DNA of 63,980 nt, counting the filler, from Octopus bimaculoides (Eukaryota), in assembly GCF_001194135.2 (NCBI RefSeq). It is 7 parts of 7 records of this genome, joined end to end, with 100 filler letters (N's around TTAATTAATTAA, not from the genome) between each part and the next. Parts side by side here need not be neighbours in the genome. Positions count along the whole stretch, not along the records: positions 36,795 to 43,994 come from NC_068992.1; positions 44,095 to 55,767 come from NC_068988.1; 5 more parts are not named here. One strand, written 5' to 3'. Below, one piece after another: positions 37,040 to 49,328 of the stretch (position 1 is its first letter; each line of letters begins with the position of its first letter). The notes beneath the pieces are model-generated. The model saw nothing but the letters and a program-made list of their open reading frames with translations, was not told the DNA's origin and ran no database searches. The position numbers and the translations under genes were made by a program.

Positions 37040-37377
37040 GGTAAATGAAGACAGAAGATGGAATATACAAGAATTTATTATTAAGAACGACAATTCTTTC
37101 GACACATCTTGCATCGATCCCTCACGGGAGGAATACTTAACAATTGGTTGAAGAGCGTCCGGCGGTGCAGATGTATCTCATCAAGCGATAAATAGACACA
37201 GCTCGTTAAAATAACAGTTTCGCAATGTATCTTCTCATTTTGTAGAAAGAAATGTAGCAAGATGGAGGAAAACTCTTCAAAAGCAGCAAAATGAGGGGTC
37301 GATGCTAGATGTGTCGAAACAATTGTCGTGGTTAATAATAAATTCTCGTATATTCCATCTTTTGTCTTTCATTTACC
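37040..37377. mobile_element. Element with ~85-bp inverted arms, probably Penelope pseudo-LTR derived
   Basis: Arms 37040-37124 and 37292-37377 are about 90% identical as reverse complements. The right arm carries the hammerhead-like GAAACAATTGTC; the left arm has GAAAGAATTGTC. Confidence 0.6.
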
Positions 37378-37778
37378 TTTTATATATATATTATTAGAAA
37401 TGTATAGTATTAAATACCCATCACGGGTGTTCTTACCAAACGGTTTCGCATAGAGATTACAATGGAGTGTGAGGTAACAAATAGATTCGATTATAATACT
37501 TTACGCTCATCAGAGTTAGCCGATATAGAAGGGGATATGGTGACTGCTGTCTACTGTCAGAGGTGGATTAGCACAACCAGTGAAAAAGGTGGTTTAGTTT
37601 AGGAGTTATGTTCCATTTGGGGAGTGTAGTATGTATAATTAACAAAATAAAAAGTTATGCGTATGACAGCGCTACACATACCACACACATCATCCCCACA
37701 GGAGCACCGCATTAATAATACACACTTACCCTACTTCAAGAGAACTCTTGCCGGCTACACTGCATATCTAATATTGTA

Positions 37779-38448
37779 CAGGGTGTCCCAAATGTCACTG
37801 ATGGGTTTCAATCTTTCATAACTTCCTTAACTTTCCAAATAAATGCATGAAAGTTTGAAACAGTATAAAGGACATAATGGAAATTAATATGCACGAGTCA
37901 AAATTTCCAACACCACATCACATGAAAAATCACGTTGTGTAAATGGCAGCCATTTTCGGCTTTGCTCTCCTGTGTTTTTTCCAAAACTTGCACCATAACA
38001 CCCTCAAGAGTTTCAAACTTCACTTCTCTGATTTCTCTATTGATGTTCTTTTTTAGTTGCACCAGGGTCTCAGGTTTGTTGACGTAAACCCTCTCTTTCA
38101 GTAATCCCCACAAGGAAAGATCTGAGCTAGTCAAGTCTGAGGAACATGAAGGCCATTCAAAGTAGACCTCACACATGGTTCCAGCAAGATGGGGCAGCTG
38201 CTCATATCGCAAGAGAAACAATGCAGTTGCTACGGCAGTGCTTTGGAGAGGGAATAATCTCCGGCTACAGCAATGTCAAATGGCCTTTACGTTCCCCATC
38301 CGTGACTAGCCCGGATTTGAAAAAATTGAGTTGTGCATATTAATTTGCATTATGTCCTTTATACTGTATCAAAATTTCATGCATTTATTTGTAAAGTTAC
38401 GGAAGTTATTCAAAATTGAAAACCGTCAGTGAATTTTGGGACACCCTG
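37779..38448. mobile_element. Non-autonomous Tc1/mariner (DD37D/maT-like) element, 670 bp
   Basis: TA-flanked TIRs CAGGGTGTCCCAAA with inverted similarity of about 120 bp. Transposase fragments are FQQDGAAAH...WPLRSP (+) and WP..SSDLTSSDLSLWGLLKERVY (-). Confidence 0.9.
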
Positions 38449-38539
38449 TACAAAACAATCCATAAATGATGGCTATAAGATGTTTTTCTTTATTGTAGCA
38501 AATTTGACTACTGCAATAAAAAAAATGTACCGTGCGTTA

Positions 38540-38587
<48 letters not shown>

Positions 38588-38589
38588 CT

Positions 38590-38848
38590 TTTATTCTTTT
38601 ATTTGTTTCAGACATTGAACTGCAGCCATGCTGGAGCACCACTTTAAGAGGTTTTAGTCGAACAAATCGACTCCAGGACTTATTCTTTGTAAGCGTAGTA
38701 CTTACTCTGTCGGTCACTTTTGTCGAACCTCTAAGTTACGGGACATAAACACACCAACATCGGTTTTCAAGAGATGGTGGGGGACAAACACAGAAACAAA
38801 TACACACAGACACACACATACATATATATTTGTATATATGTATATATA

Positions 38849-38880
<32 letters not shown>

Positions 38881-38962
38881 CACATGTCGGGATTCTTTCA
38901 GTTTTCGTCAACCAAATCCACTCACAAGGCTTTGGTCGTCCCGAGGCTATAGTAGATGACAC
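38590..38962 (-). mobile_element. Octopod SINE (3' part up to the gap)
   Basis: Reverse complement of the 11678 family. Confidence 0.8.
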
Positions 38963-39347
38963 NNNNNNNNNNNNNNNNNNNNNNNNNNNNNNNNNNNNNN
39001 NNNNNNNNNNNNNNNNNNNNNNNNNNNNNNNNNNNNNNNNNNNNNNNNNNNNNNNNNNNNNNNNNNNNNNNNNNNNNNNNNNNNNNNNNNNNNNNNNNNN
39101 NNNNNNNNNNNNNNNNNNNNNNNNNNNNNNNNNNNNNNNNNNNNNNNNNNNNNNNNNNNNNNNNNNNNNNNNNNNNNNNNNNNNNNNNNNNNNNNNNNNN
39201 NNNNNNNNNNNNNNNNNNNNNNNNNNNNNNNNNNNNNNNNNNNNNNNNNNNNNNNNNNNNNNNNNNNNNNNNNNNNNNNNNNNNNNNNNNNNNNNNNNNN
39301 NNNNNNNNNNNNNNNNNNNNNNNNNNNNNNNNNNNNNNNNNNNNNNN

Positions 39348-39440
<93 letters not shown>

Positions 39441-39584
39441 GGTAATAATAAATTTAGTCAGAAGAAATGTGGGAAAGGTGTTTCATTTATATTCAGGTAT
39501 AAAATGTTTTCAAATTTTCCAAGAGAATAAAGTGGAAGGCATTAGACGAAATTATAATGAAGTATAATAAGAACAATATAATAT

Positions 39585-39773
39585 TTACGCAGTTCTATAT
39601 TTAAGAGATGAGGAATTATGCACATTATTTACAATTGACAGATATTTATCCTCATTTTGTTTGTTGCTAACACAGCGTTTCAGTTGATATACCCTCCAGC
39701 CTTCATCAGGTGTGTTGGGTAAATTTCGAATCTGGGTTCTCATTCCTAAGGTATTTTTCGATGTTGTTTTTCC

Positions 39774-39807
<34 letters not shown>

Positions 39808-39825
39808 GCTGTTGTTGTTTTGTTA

Positions 39826-39895
<70 letters not shown>

Positions 39896-39990
39896 CATTA
39901 TTATTATTATTATTATCATTATTTTTATTATTCAGGTCACTGCTTGAAATCGAACTCGGAATCTTGGGGTTAGTAACCCGTACTCTTATA
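39585..39990 (-). mobile_element. Penelope-like end, same family as 6815-7185, with a degenerate hammerhead at 39670-39713
   Basis: Colinear with the first copy. The core reads CUGAUGA-A-GGCUG...CAACU-GAAACGCU, with mutations in stem II and at U16.1. Confidence 0.6.
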
Positions 39991-40582
39991 CTGGCATATA
40001 GCATAATATTTACGTTATGATATTTATAAATATTTCATTTAGCGCTTGAGATTGCTCGCTCCTTTATTTGCAGGTCAATAATTGCTGAGGAATGAAATTT
40101 GCTCTGGGTCTGAAGAGGAACACCCAACAATTGGGTAGCGAGTTTCACTTATGTTAAGGACATGTCTTTACCAGATTATTTCCTCGTTATAGTGAGCTCC
40201 CAAAATTGGAGCAGTTTTGCCTTTGTTGAAAGATGTTCATGATTACGGGGCGTGTGTAGAGCAATGATGTTTTCTTGATATGGGTGACTTTAAGATTTTC
40301 TTGCAATTAAAAGTTACATCTTTGTCATAGCACCCAATAAAGGATGTTCTTGAAATCCTTTTCTCATGGAATCAGTGTGAGTCCCGCCTGTGCTGCGCAC
40401 GTTTTCACAGGAAGACGCATGGATGCATGAGAGGGAAGTGTTAAAGAGTGACCAATGTTAGTGTCGATTCATTTGACTAAACCCTGCAAAGCCCCGTTTC
40501 CGCATGGTTGCTGTCGAGAGAAAAAAGTAAAAGTTAAAAGGCAATAATAGCAACACATGAAAGGACTATAGAACCTCTACAG

Positions 40583-40729
40583 CAGTGGTCCTTAACAATT
40601 TTTAAAAATACAATTACTAATTAGGAAAATATAATAGAATTTCTTTTAACGTGGGGTGCAGTAGTGTGAAATCGGAATCAAAGGGGTCTGCGGGTGCAAA
40701 CAAAAAAGCATAATGACTGAGAACCTCTG
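40583..40729. mobile_element. hAT (Charlie/MER5-like) MITE relic
   Basis: Imperfect TIRs CAGTGGTCCTTAAC / CTGAGAACCTCTG, with a partly matching 8-bp flank (CTCTACAG / ATGTACAA). Confidence 0.5.
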
Positions 40730-41420
40730 ATGTACAAGGTCGTTCGATTTAGTAAATATAGCAGCAAAATTTCCCTCATATCACACTCTACTGACTTTTA
40801 AGAAACCAAACACGAACATAATACACCGAATGATATAGTCCTAGATAATGTATAACTGCAATGGAAAAATAAAATAGAAGAGGAAGCTGCTCACGGCAAG
40901 GATACGTTTGTAGATAGGTTCGTTCTATCAGCAACATCTACAACAATAACGACGGCAATAGTCATACATAGAATGGAAAAAAACTGTGTAAATTTTTCAC
41001 GGAAATTCCCTTATTTTTGCAATGTGAAATAAGAGAAAAATATGTAAAAATTGTAATCTTGTGCTACAAATAATTCCTGTCTCCATAACTAATTATTGAG
41101 AGTGAGAAATGACTGAGGGCTGTTGATTTAGTTTTACAAGATGGCTGTCACTGAAAAAAACAAACAAACAAAACACTGCAGGTTAGTGGGTGGGCAGGTG
41201 GTTGGCTGTATTGGAAGGGAGTGGAGAAACTGTAAGCAATAGGAACTCTATCAAAAAAGAAAGAAGAAAATAATAGGCAAAAAATAAAAAATATATATAT
41301 AAATATCAATGATGGAATAATGTATTGATTATAATATAGAGTTTCTTGCTTTATTTGTCGGAGAAAAAAAATTAAGAAAATATTGAAAATAAGAAAGTAT
41401 ATATATATATACACACACAC

Positions 41421-41485
<65 letters not shown>

Positions 41486-43620
41486 NNNNNNNNNNNNNNN
41501 NNNNNNNNNNNNNNNNNNNNNNNNNNNNNNNNNNNNNNNNNNNNNNNNNNNNNNNNNNNNNNNNNNNNNNNNNNNNNNNNNNNNNNNNNNNNNNNNNNNN
41601 NNNNNNNNNNNNNNNNNNNNNNNNNNNNNNNNNNNNNNNNNNNNNNNNNNNNNNNNNNNNNNNNNNNNNNNNNNNNNNNNNNNNNNNNNNNNNNNNNNNN
41701 NNNNNNNNNNNNNNNNNNNNNNNNNNNNNNNNNNNNNNNNNNNNNNNNNNNNNNNNNNNNNNNNNNNNNNNNNNNNNNNNNNNNNNNNNNNNNNNNNNNN
41801 NNNNNNNNNNNNNNNNNNNNNNNNNNNNNNNNNNNNNNNNNNNNNNNNNNNNNNNNNNNNNNNNNNNNNNNNNNNNNNNNNNNNNNNNNNNNNNNNNNNN
41901 NNNNNNNNNNNNNNNNNNNNNNNNNNNNNNNNNNNNNNNNNNNNNNNNNNNNNNNNNNNNNNNNNNNNNNNNNNNNNNNNNNNNNNNNNNNNNNNNNNNN
42001 NNNNNNNNNNNNNNNNNNNNNNNNNNNNNNNNNNNNNNNNNNNNNNNNNNNNNNNNNNNNNNNNNNNNNNNNNNNNNNNNNNNNNNNNNNNNNNNNNNNN
42101 NNNNNNNNNNNNNNNNNNNNNNNNNNNNNNNNNNNNNNNNNNNNNNNNNNNNNNNNNNNNNNNNNNNNNNNNNNNNNNNNNNNNNNNNNNNNNNNNNNNN
42201 NNNNNNNNNNNNNNNNNNNNNNNNNNNNNNNNNNNNNNNNNNNNNNNNNNNNNNNNNNNNNNNNNNNNNNNNNNNNNNNNNNNNNNNNNNNNNNNTATAT
42301 ATGCATACACACATACAAACCCCAAACATATATAAAGGATTGGTTTTATGTTCAGTTATAACAAAACAGTTTTACATTAATCTATACTTTTGTATAGTAT
42401 AAATTTATTACTAGAAAACTATATATTTTCGAATGGGATTTCAAGCAGCTACTCTGTGTTGATAAAGTGCAATAACCCAGAAACCGGTCCACAGATGTTG
42501 CTTTGTGCTGGATGGGGTTGCTGGACACCCTATTCGAAAATATAAGGGCACAGATATTGTGTCGTATAGCCTGCTGGAAACGATGTTTCCTGGGGCTAAA
42601 CAACAGTAATAATCGTCCCTTGTAGGACAGCCACATTATGTTGGCAAATAGTCATTACTTTACGTTTATTATTCTTAGACAAGACCATTGTCGATAGTAA
42701 CTTCGAAGTTTCTGCCAGCGAAACAGTCTTCAGATTTGCGTGTATGTGTATGTCTTTGTGTCTGTGTTTATTCTCCACCACCGCATGACAACCGGTGTTT
42801 TTGTGTTTACATTCCCTAACTTAGCGGTTCGGCAAAACGACCGATAGAGTAAGTATCAAGCCTTTAAAAATGTAAGTGCTGGGGTCTAATTGCACCATTA
42901 AAATTCTTGAAGGCGGTGCTCCAGCATGGCCTCAGTCCTTCAGGAGAGAGTGGATACGATTTCGGGGCTTTCCTCTCGCCCGTTTTATAGTGCACTGGCC
43001 CCACTCGTCACTGACCTGAGGCTCCACATTCTGTACCAACTGACTAGTATCCTCTCTCCAGTTAGGTTTCATCATATTTATTCTTTCTGCATTTTTGCTT
43101 GACTTATGACAGACTACTTTACACCGTACCCCGTTGTTTTAAGGTACGGTACCACGTCAAAGAATTCGAGGACTTCTAAACGAAATCCCACGTAGATAGA
43201 TTCACTTGAGCCACTGAATAGAAATCCCACAGAAACAAAAGCGCGAAAGGGAAACCCGCGCGCAGGATATTGTGAGAATTACCACTTTGATTTCTATAGA
43301 TTTGAAAAACGAAATTAGGTCTTTTTCCTCTGGAAACGACTCACTGATTGTAGATAGCCAAGGGATGAATGCAATGCAAAATGCACGTTTTCAGAACGCT
43401 TCCATCAGACCAGAATAAACAAGCCAAGTGAGATCTTTAACATTATCTCTAAACAGGGAAAATACAACCATCAGCTACATCGATATAAAGGAAGAATGCA
43501 CAATACCAGTCATAGGAAAAACGAGCTAAAGCATAGCTACAGGCAGAGATGAGGCACTGGGAATACTCTTAAAACAAACCATATAACGAGGGTTGAAGGA
43601 AGCTAAAACTGTAACAAGTA

Positions 43621-43684
43621 ATAGTGGTGTACCGGCATAGTGGTGTACCGGCATAGTGGTGTACCGGCATAGTGGTGTACCGGC
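43621..43684. repeat. Perfect 16-bp minisatellite x4
   Basis: (ATAGTGGTGTACCGGC)4. Confidence 0.95.
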
Positions 43685-43713
43685 CTGCACTGTGTATAAT
43701 ATAAATATAATCA

Positions 43714-43796
43714 GATGCAGTACAACCGCTTCAAACGACTGCATTTAATTGAACGATGCAATTAAATGGAGACGCTTGAAACGGTCATACTGCATC
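43714..43796. repeat. 38-bp-arm inverted repeat with a 7-nt loop
   Basis: GATGCAGTACAACCGCTTCAAACGACTGCATTTAATTG-AACGATG-CAATTAAATGGAGACGCTTGAAACGGTCATACTGCATC, with 6 mismatches. Confidence 0.85.
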
Positions 43797-43963
43797 ACCT
43801 CTGGATATCCTGTTGCTTATTTTGTGCGGTTAACACCGCACTAATTATTGGTGCTTCAACTTAAGTACTTAATTCATCTGAATCTCAATTATTTTGCTAT
43901 ACATACATACATACACATACACACATATATATCAACACACATATGTATGTGTATGTATTTATG

Positions 43964-43994
<31 letters not shown>

Positions 43995-44507
43995 NNNNNN
44001 NNNNNNNNNNNNNNNNNNNNNNNNNNNNNNNNNNNNNNTTAATTAATTAANNNNNNNNNNNNNNNNNNNNNNNNNNNNNNNNNNNNNNNNNNNNATATAT
44101 ATAGTAGAAGACATATATACATATATATATATATGTATGTATATGTGTGTGTATATACATATAAATATTATCTATACATATTCACACATATATATATATT
44201 TATATATGTACATGTATAAAAAGATGTACGTCCACATATACACATATACAGTAAGCTAACATAGATCCACACACGTATATACATCATATATAGTGACCAC
44301 TGCCATAAGTTTGAAACGTATAAAAGAATAAAAGGATATATATAATCCCATTGTTATATATATATTTGTAGTATTGATAAGCAAAACATTGTTGAAACTA
44401 GTTTGGTATGTATGTGAATAAATCTATTTCAAAACAACTTCACGTTTTTCAATTTGTGGTGCATTTCTAAATCCCCAAAACAAACGCGTGGCGTACACCG
44501 GTGTTCA

Positions 44508-44560
<53 letters not shown>

Positions 44561-45482
44561 NNNNNNNNNNNNNNNNNNNNNNNNNNNNNNNNNNNNNNNN
44601 NNNNNNNNNNNNNNNNNNNNNNNNNNNNNNNNNNNNNNNNNNNNNNNNNNNNNNNNNNNNNNNNNNNNNNNNNNNNNNNNNNNNNNNNNNNNNNNNNNNN
44701 NNNNNNNNNNNNNNNNNNNNNNNNNNNNNNNNNNNNNNNNNNNNNNNNNNNNNNNNNNNNNNNNNNNNNNNNNNNNNNNNNNNNNNNNNNNNNNNNNNNN
44801 NNNNNNNNNNNNNNNNNNNNNNNNNNNNNNNNNNNNNNNNNNNNNNNNNNNNNNNNNNNNNNNNNNNNNNNNNNNNNNNNNNNNNNNNNNNNNNNNNNNN
44901 NNNNNNNNNNNNNNNNNNNNNNNNNNNNNNNNNNNNNNNNNNNNNNNNNNNNNNNNNNNNNNNNNNNNNNNNNNNNNNNNNNNNNNNNNNNNNNNNNNNN
45001 NNNNNNNNNNNNNNNNNNNNNNNNNNNNNNNNNNNNNNNNNNNNNNNNNNNNNNNNNNNNNNNNNNNNNNNNNNNNNNNNNNNNNNNNNNNNNNNNNNNN
45101 NNNNNNNNNNNNNNNNNNNNNNNNNNNNNNNNNNNNNNNNNNNNNNNNNNNNNNNNNNNNNNNNNNNNNNNNNNNNNNNNNNNNNNNNNNNNNNNNNNNN
45201 NNNNNNNNNNNNNNNNNNNNNNNNNNNNNNNNNNNNNNNNNNNNNNNNNNNNNNNNNNNNNNNNNNNNNNNNNNNNNNNNNNNNNNNNNNNNNNNNNNNN
45301 NNNNNNNNNNNNNNNNNNNNNNNNNNNNNNNNNNNNNNNNNNNNNNNNNNNNNNNNNNNNNNNNNNNNNNNNNNNNNNNNNNNNNNNNNNNNNNNNNNNN
45401 NNNNNNNNNNNNNNNNNNNNNNNNNNNNNNNNNNNNNNNNNNNNNNNNNNNNNNNNNNNNNNNNNNNNNNNNNNNNNNNNNN

Positions 45483-45517
<35 letters not shown>

Positions 45518-46051
45518 TATACGTGTGTGTATACATACACATCTACGGTTGATTACTCATGCACTGACATGTATATAAGGGAAAAGTTTGGGCCCTAGAA
45601 ACATACTAGTATAGACACATTATTACAAATAGAACTGCGTATGCATATAAAAGAATACTCATAGATAAGTGTGCCAGCAATACGCATGTGAGAATAAATA
45701 GATATGTTACTAATCTAAAAGTCTAACATAAATGGAAATATTATATCTCCATTCTACAAACTACGGAGTCCAAGTGAAATTGAAAGAAAAATCTGAGAAA
45801 AGTACTCTGTTAATAAATTCCAATCCAAGGTAAATATACAGTAATACTAATACTTGGAAGTACTATTTCTACTGCTAAGACCGCTACCACCAACAACAAC
45901 AATACTAATGGTGCTCATAGCAAGAAAATACCAGCTAAGTCAAGAGAAAAGTCATTAACAATTATCTTACTTTTGTGTTTAAAGTTCTATTACCACAGCT
46001 ACACCTACCACCACCACTAACAAAAACAACAGCAACAAAAATAACAAAGGA

Positions 46052-46087
<36 letters not shown>

Positions 46088-46585
46088 AACTGAAATGTAA
46101 AAATCTCTGGGTAATGTTGTTTACAACATTTCTAAAAATATCCCAACAATTACTGCTTTGACCAATATCAAATACAGGTCTCTTAAACATGTTCAACAAA
46201 CCGTGACGCCTAAACCAAACCCCAGTAAACTTAAGTAATTCAGTAAAATCACACACTGATTAGTCAGAATACAGTTTGCAAAAATTAACATTCTGGAGCC
46301 TATGCAAATGTATACAAGGCGTACAGTTTAGCCATCTGGTCACAGTTGTAAATTGTAAAACTTATCTGTGACCACTACTACATGAACCTGAAGATTGCAT
46401 AGTTTATTGCATGAAAGTACTAGATCAATCAGAATGGACATTTAATATTCTGTCATTTCATTATATTATTTTATATTATATTATTATAAGATTGTAAATA
46501 AAACGTGAAAATCAGACAAAGTTGGAGTTTCTTTGAGTAATACAAACAATCATACACAATCATACACACCCATGTATGTATGTAA

Positions 46586-46627
<42 letters not shown>

Positions 46628-46659
46628 TGAAGAATATGTGACACTTATTCGGTAGCCAT

Positions 46660-46720
46660 GATAAAACTCCGAGTTTCGGATGCTGGGGTGGGAACCCACG
46701 CCGCTATCTCTTCAGTTATC
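46660..46720 (-). ncRNA. Type-I hammerhead ribozyme, second family (Penelope-type end, about 46625-46830)
   Basis: RNA GAUAA-CUGAAGA-[31-nt stem II hairpin]-GAAA-CUCGGAGU-U^-UUAUC. Stem I is 5 Watson-Crick pairs, and stem III is ACUC/GAGU with a 1-nt loop. Confidence 0.7.
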
Positions 46721-47364
46721 CGCTCATTGAAAATTCTTGTGAAAAATGACCGTTAAACAAAGGGAAATTACTGTGTGGTTGACCGTTATGGACCGCTAAC
46801 TAAGAGGAGGCAGTAAAGGTAAGGGAGTAGAAAAGTCTAAAGTGTTTGCGAAAGCGCACCAATCCATACATTCGCCTATATGTACATACTCAACCACGCT
46901 CGCTTGAAACACACACATTCTCACCCACATACTCGCCAAAAACTATGTATATATATCTACATATACCTTTAAATACCCGCATACACACTCCCACCCACAT
47001 GTGCTCAACGCCCTCGCACCTATACACACGCACGCACGCAAAAAAAACCCACAGGGCTAAAAGCAAAATACAGAAGAAAGTGTGAAAAATCTATACGGTT
47101 AAAACGCGTCTATATGCGCATATTTTCACATGCACGCACATACATCTATATACGCACGTACCCGCACACACGCACACATTCACAAGTGCGCACATAAGGC
47201 TCCATGTACGTGTCTATAGACGCAGAAGAAAAAGGTAGGGTGGAGGGGAGAATACAGAAAAAATATATGTGGTAAATATACAAAACGTTATTTATATAAA
47301 TATGTAAAAAAAATATAAGAAATATAAAAAATATATGAGAAAACTAAGTAAAAAATAGAGAGAG

Positions 47365-48136
47365 ACTAGCAGAGAGACCCGGCGTTACCTGTGTTACATG
47401 CAATTGAAGAATGAGACATTCCTGTTATATTTTCTTTAAGGAACTGGAATACCTATGATTCGAATTTCATCAAAATTGCACATGAGTGTTATTTCCCTCT
47501 TTACACACCCTAAAAAATTCTAATCATGACACATGTATCCCATACTATTGATCTTTAGGCGCATATTCCACAATTCCAGTCTTCTGGAACCTGTAAAAAG
47601 GATTTTGCTCCTGAAAAATGGAGCTCATAGAGCTCAAAAATGTGGAAATGAAGGCCCCTATTGTGTGGTGGTGGGGGGGTGTTAATGTCAATCAGAGAAG
47701 TTGAATTGTTGGGAATGTTTTTAACTTGGGTCTTATAGTATGGCTGTATATATGTGAGAGTATAGTTTCACTTAAATAGTTTCAGTATGAAATTAAAAGT
47801 ATTGAAGTATCTGACATTACAGTAGCGACATGTTATTGTTTCACTCTTGACACGTAATAGTGAAATAGTGGAATAGTTTCAATATTAAAGTGAAAGTATC
47901 TGACATTACAGTAGAGTGATGTTATTGTTTCAATTTTGACACGTAATACTGAAATAGTGGAGGCGATATGATATTGCTGTGGGCTCCAACTATGCAAGAA
48001 GTTTAAAATTGTTTGGCCTAAGACACTACATGGACCCTAAGTAAGGCACGTGTAAATTTGGAATGAAATTGGTTGTGTAGTTCTCGAGTTTTAGGGATTC
48101 ACACAGACACACATTCTCATCTTTATATATATAGAT
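47365..48136 (+). mobile_element. Helentron-associated (HINE/DINE-1-like) non-autonomous element
   Basis: 5' ACTAGCAG...CCCGGCGTT and 3' AAATTGGTTG...AGTT...CAGACAC...CTTTATATATATAGAT. There is an internal ~70-bp direct repeat at 47805-47960. A second 5' end starts at 63935. Confidence 0.55.
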
Positions 48137-48842
48137 ATATATATATACACACAGACACCCAAACGCACATACATATATATGTATATCAATATAAATACAT
48201 GAAAGTCAATGAAGTTTGACTATGTGTGACCAGTGATAATAAAAAGACTCAAAGGAGGTCTGTAACGAAATAATTTTACTCAACACTTTGCAAGTGAATC
48301 AGTGGAGGCAAAGATGCGTCTCATTTACTTGACAATCTATGCACCACATTGCAGAAATCACAATGTAAGTATATTTGAAAGGATAGTCATACACTGTTGT
48401 ACCGTTGAATTACAAATAATGCTCATCTGTTATGTTCGGGTGAAACTATAGCTTCCAATAGTACAACTGTATTCGTCTTTGCTTGGGAAAAATGACTAAA
48501 TTGTGCGTGTGAAGTGCTCATGAAGGGGTCTTTGTAATTTCGAAGAAGAAAAATTTTTAGAAATATTACTTTATTTGTGTGTAATATGTATGGTTAAAAT
48601 TTCATCAACATCAAAAATATATGAATTTTCATGGGAGTTATGACCGTTATGCATAGAATATAATTTCCAAATTTCATAAAGATCCATTCTGTACTTTTGA
48701 CGTAGTTTTGGATAAAAGAAAATGACTAATGTGTGTTTTTGTGTGCATGTGTATGTTTGTGTGTATGTGGGTGTATATATGTAAAGATATCTGTATGCAT
48801 GGACATATGTGTATATATATGTATACATATTACATATACATC

Positions 48843-49328
48843 TATATATATATACATGTATATGGATACATTTGTGCATATATATATGCATGTATGTATG
48901 TATATATGTACGTATGTATGCCTGTATATATGTGAGAGTATACACATAAATATATCTAACACGACGGGCTTCTTTCAATTTCCTTCTANNNNNNNNNNNN
49001 NNNNNNNNNNNNNNNNNNNNNNNNNNNNNNNNNNNNNNNNNNNNNNNNNNNNNNNNNNNNNNNNNNNNNNNNNNNNNNNNNNNNNNNNNNNNNNNNNNNN
49101 NNNNNNNNNNNNNNNNNNNNNNNNNNNNNNNNNNNNNNNNNNNNNNNNNNNNNNNNNNNNNNNNNNNNNNNNNTATATATATATATATATATATACATGT
49201 ATATGGATACATTTGTGCATATATATATGCATGTATGTATGTATATATGTACGTATGTATGCCTGTATATATGTGAGAGTATACACATAAATATATCTAA
49301 CACGACGGGCTTCTTTCAATTTCCTTCT
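48843..49328. other. Identical ~145-bp sequence on both sides of an N gap (likely unmerged contig overlap)
   Basis: 48843-48988 matches the ~145 bp ending at 49328 immediately after the gap. Confidence 0.8.

Noticed and set aside
43621-43684. Possible CRISPR-like array
   Set aside because: The units are adjacent with no spacers, in a eukaryotic context.
48843-49328. Tandem duplication of about 145 bp
   Set aside because: The copies are identical and flank an N gap, typical of an unmerged contig overlap.
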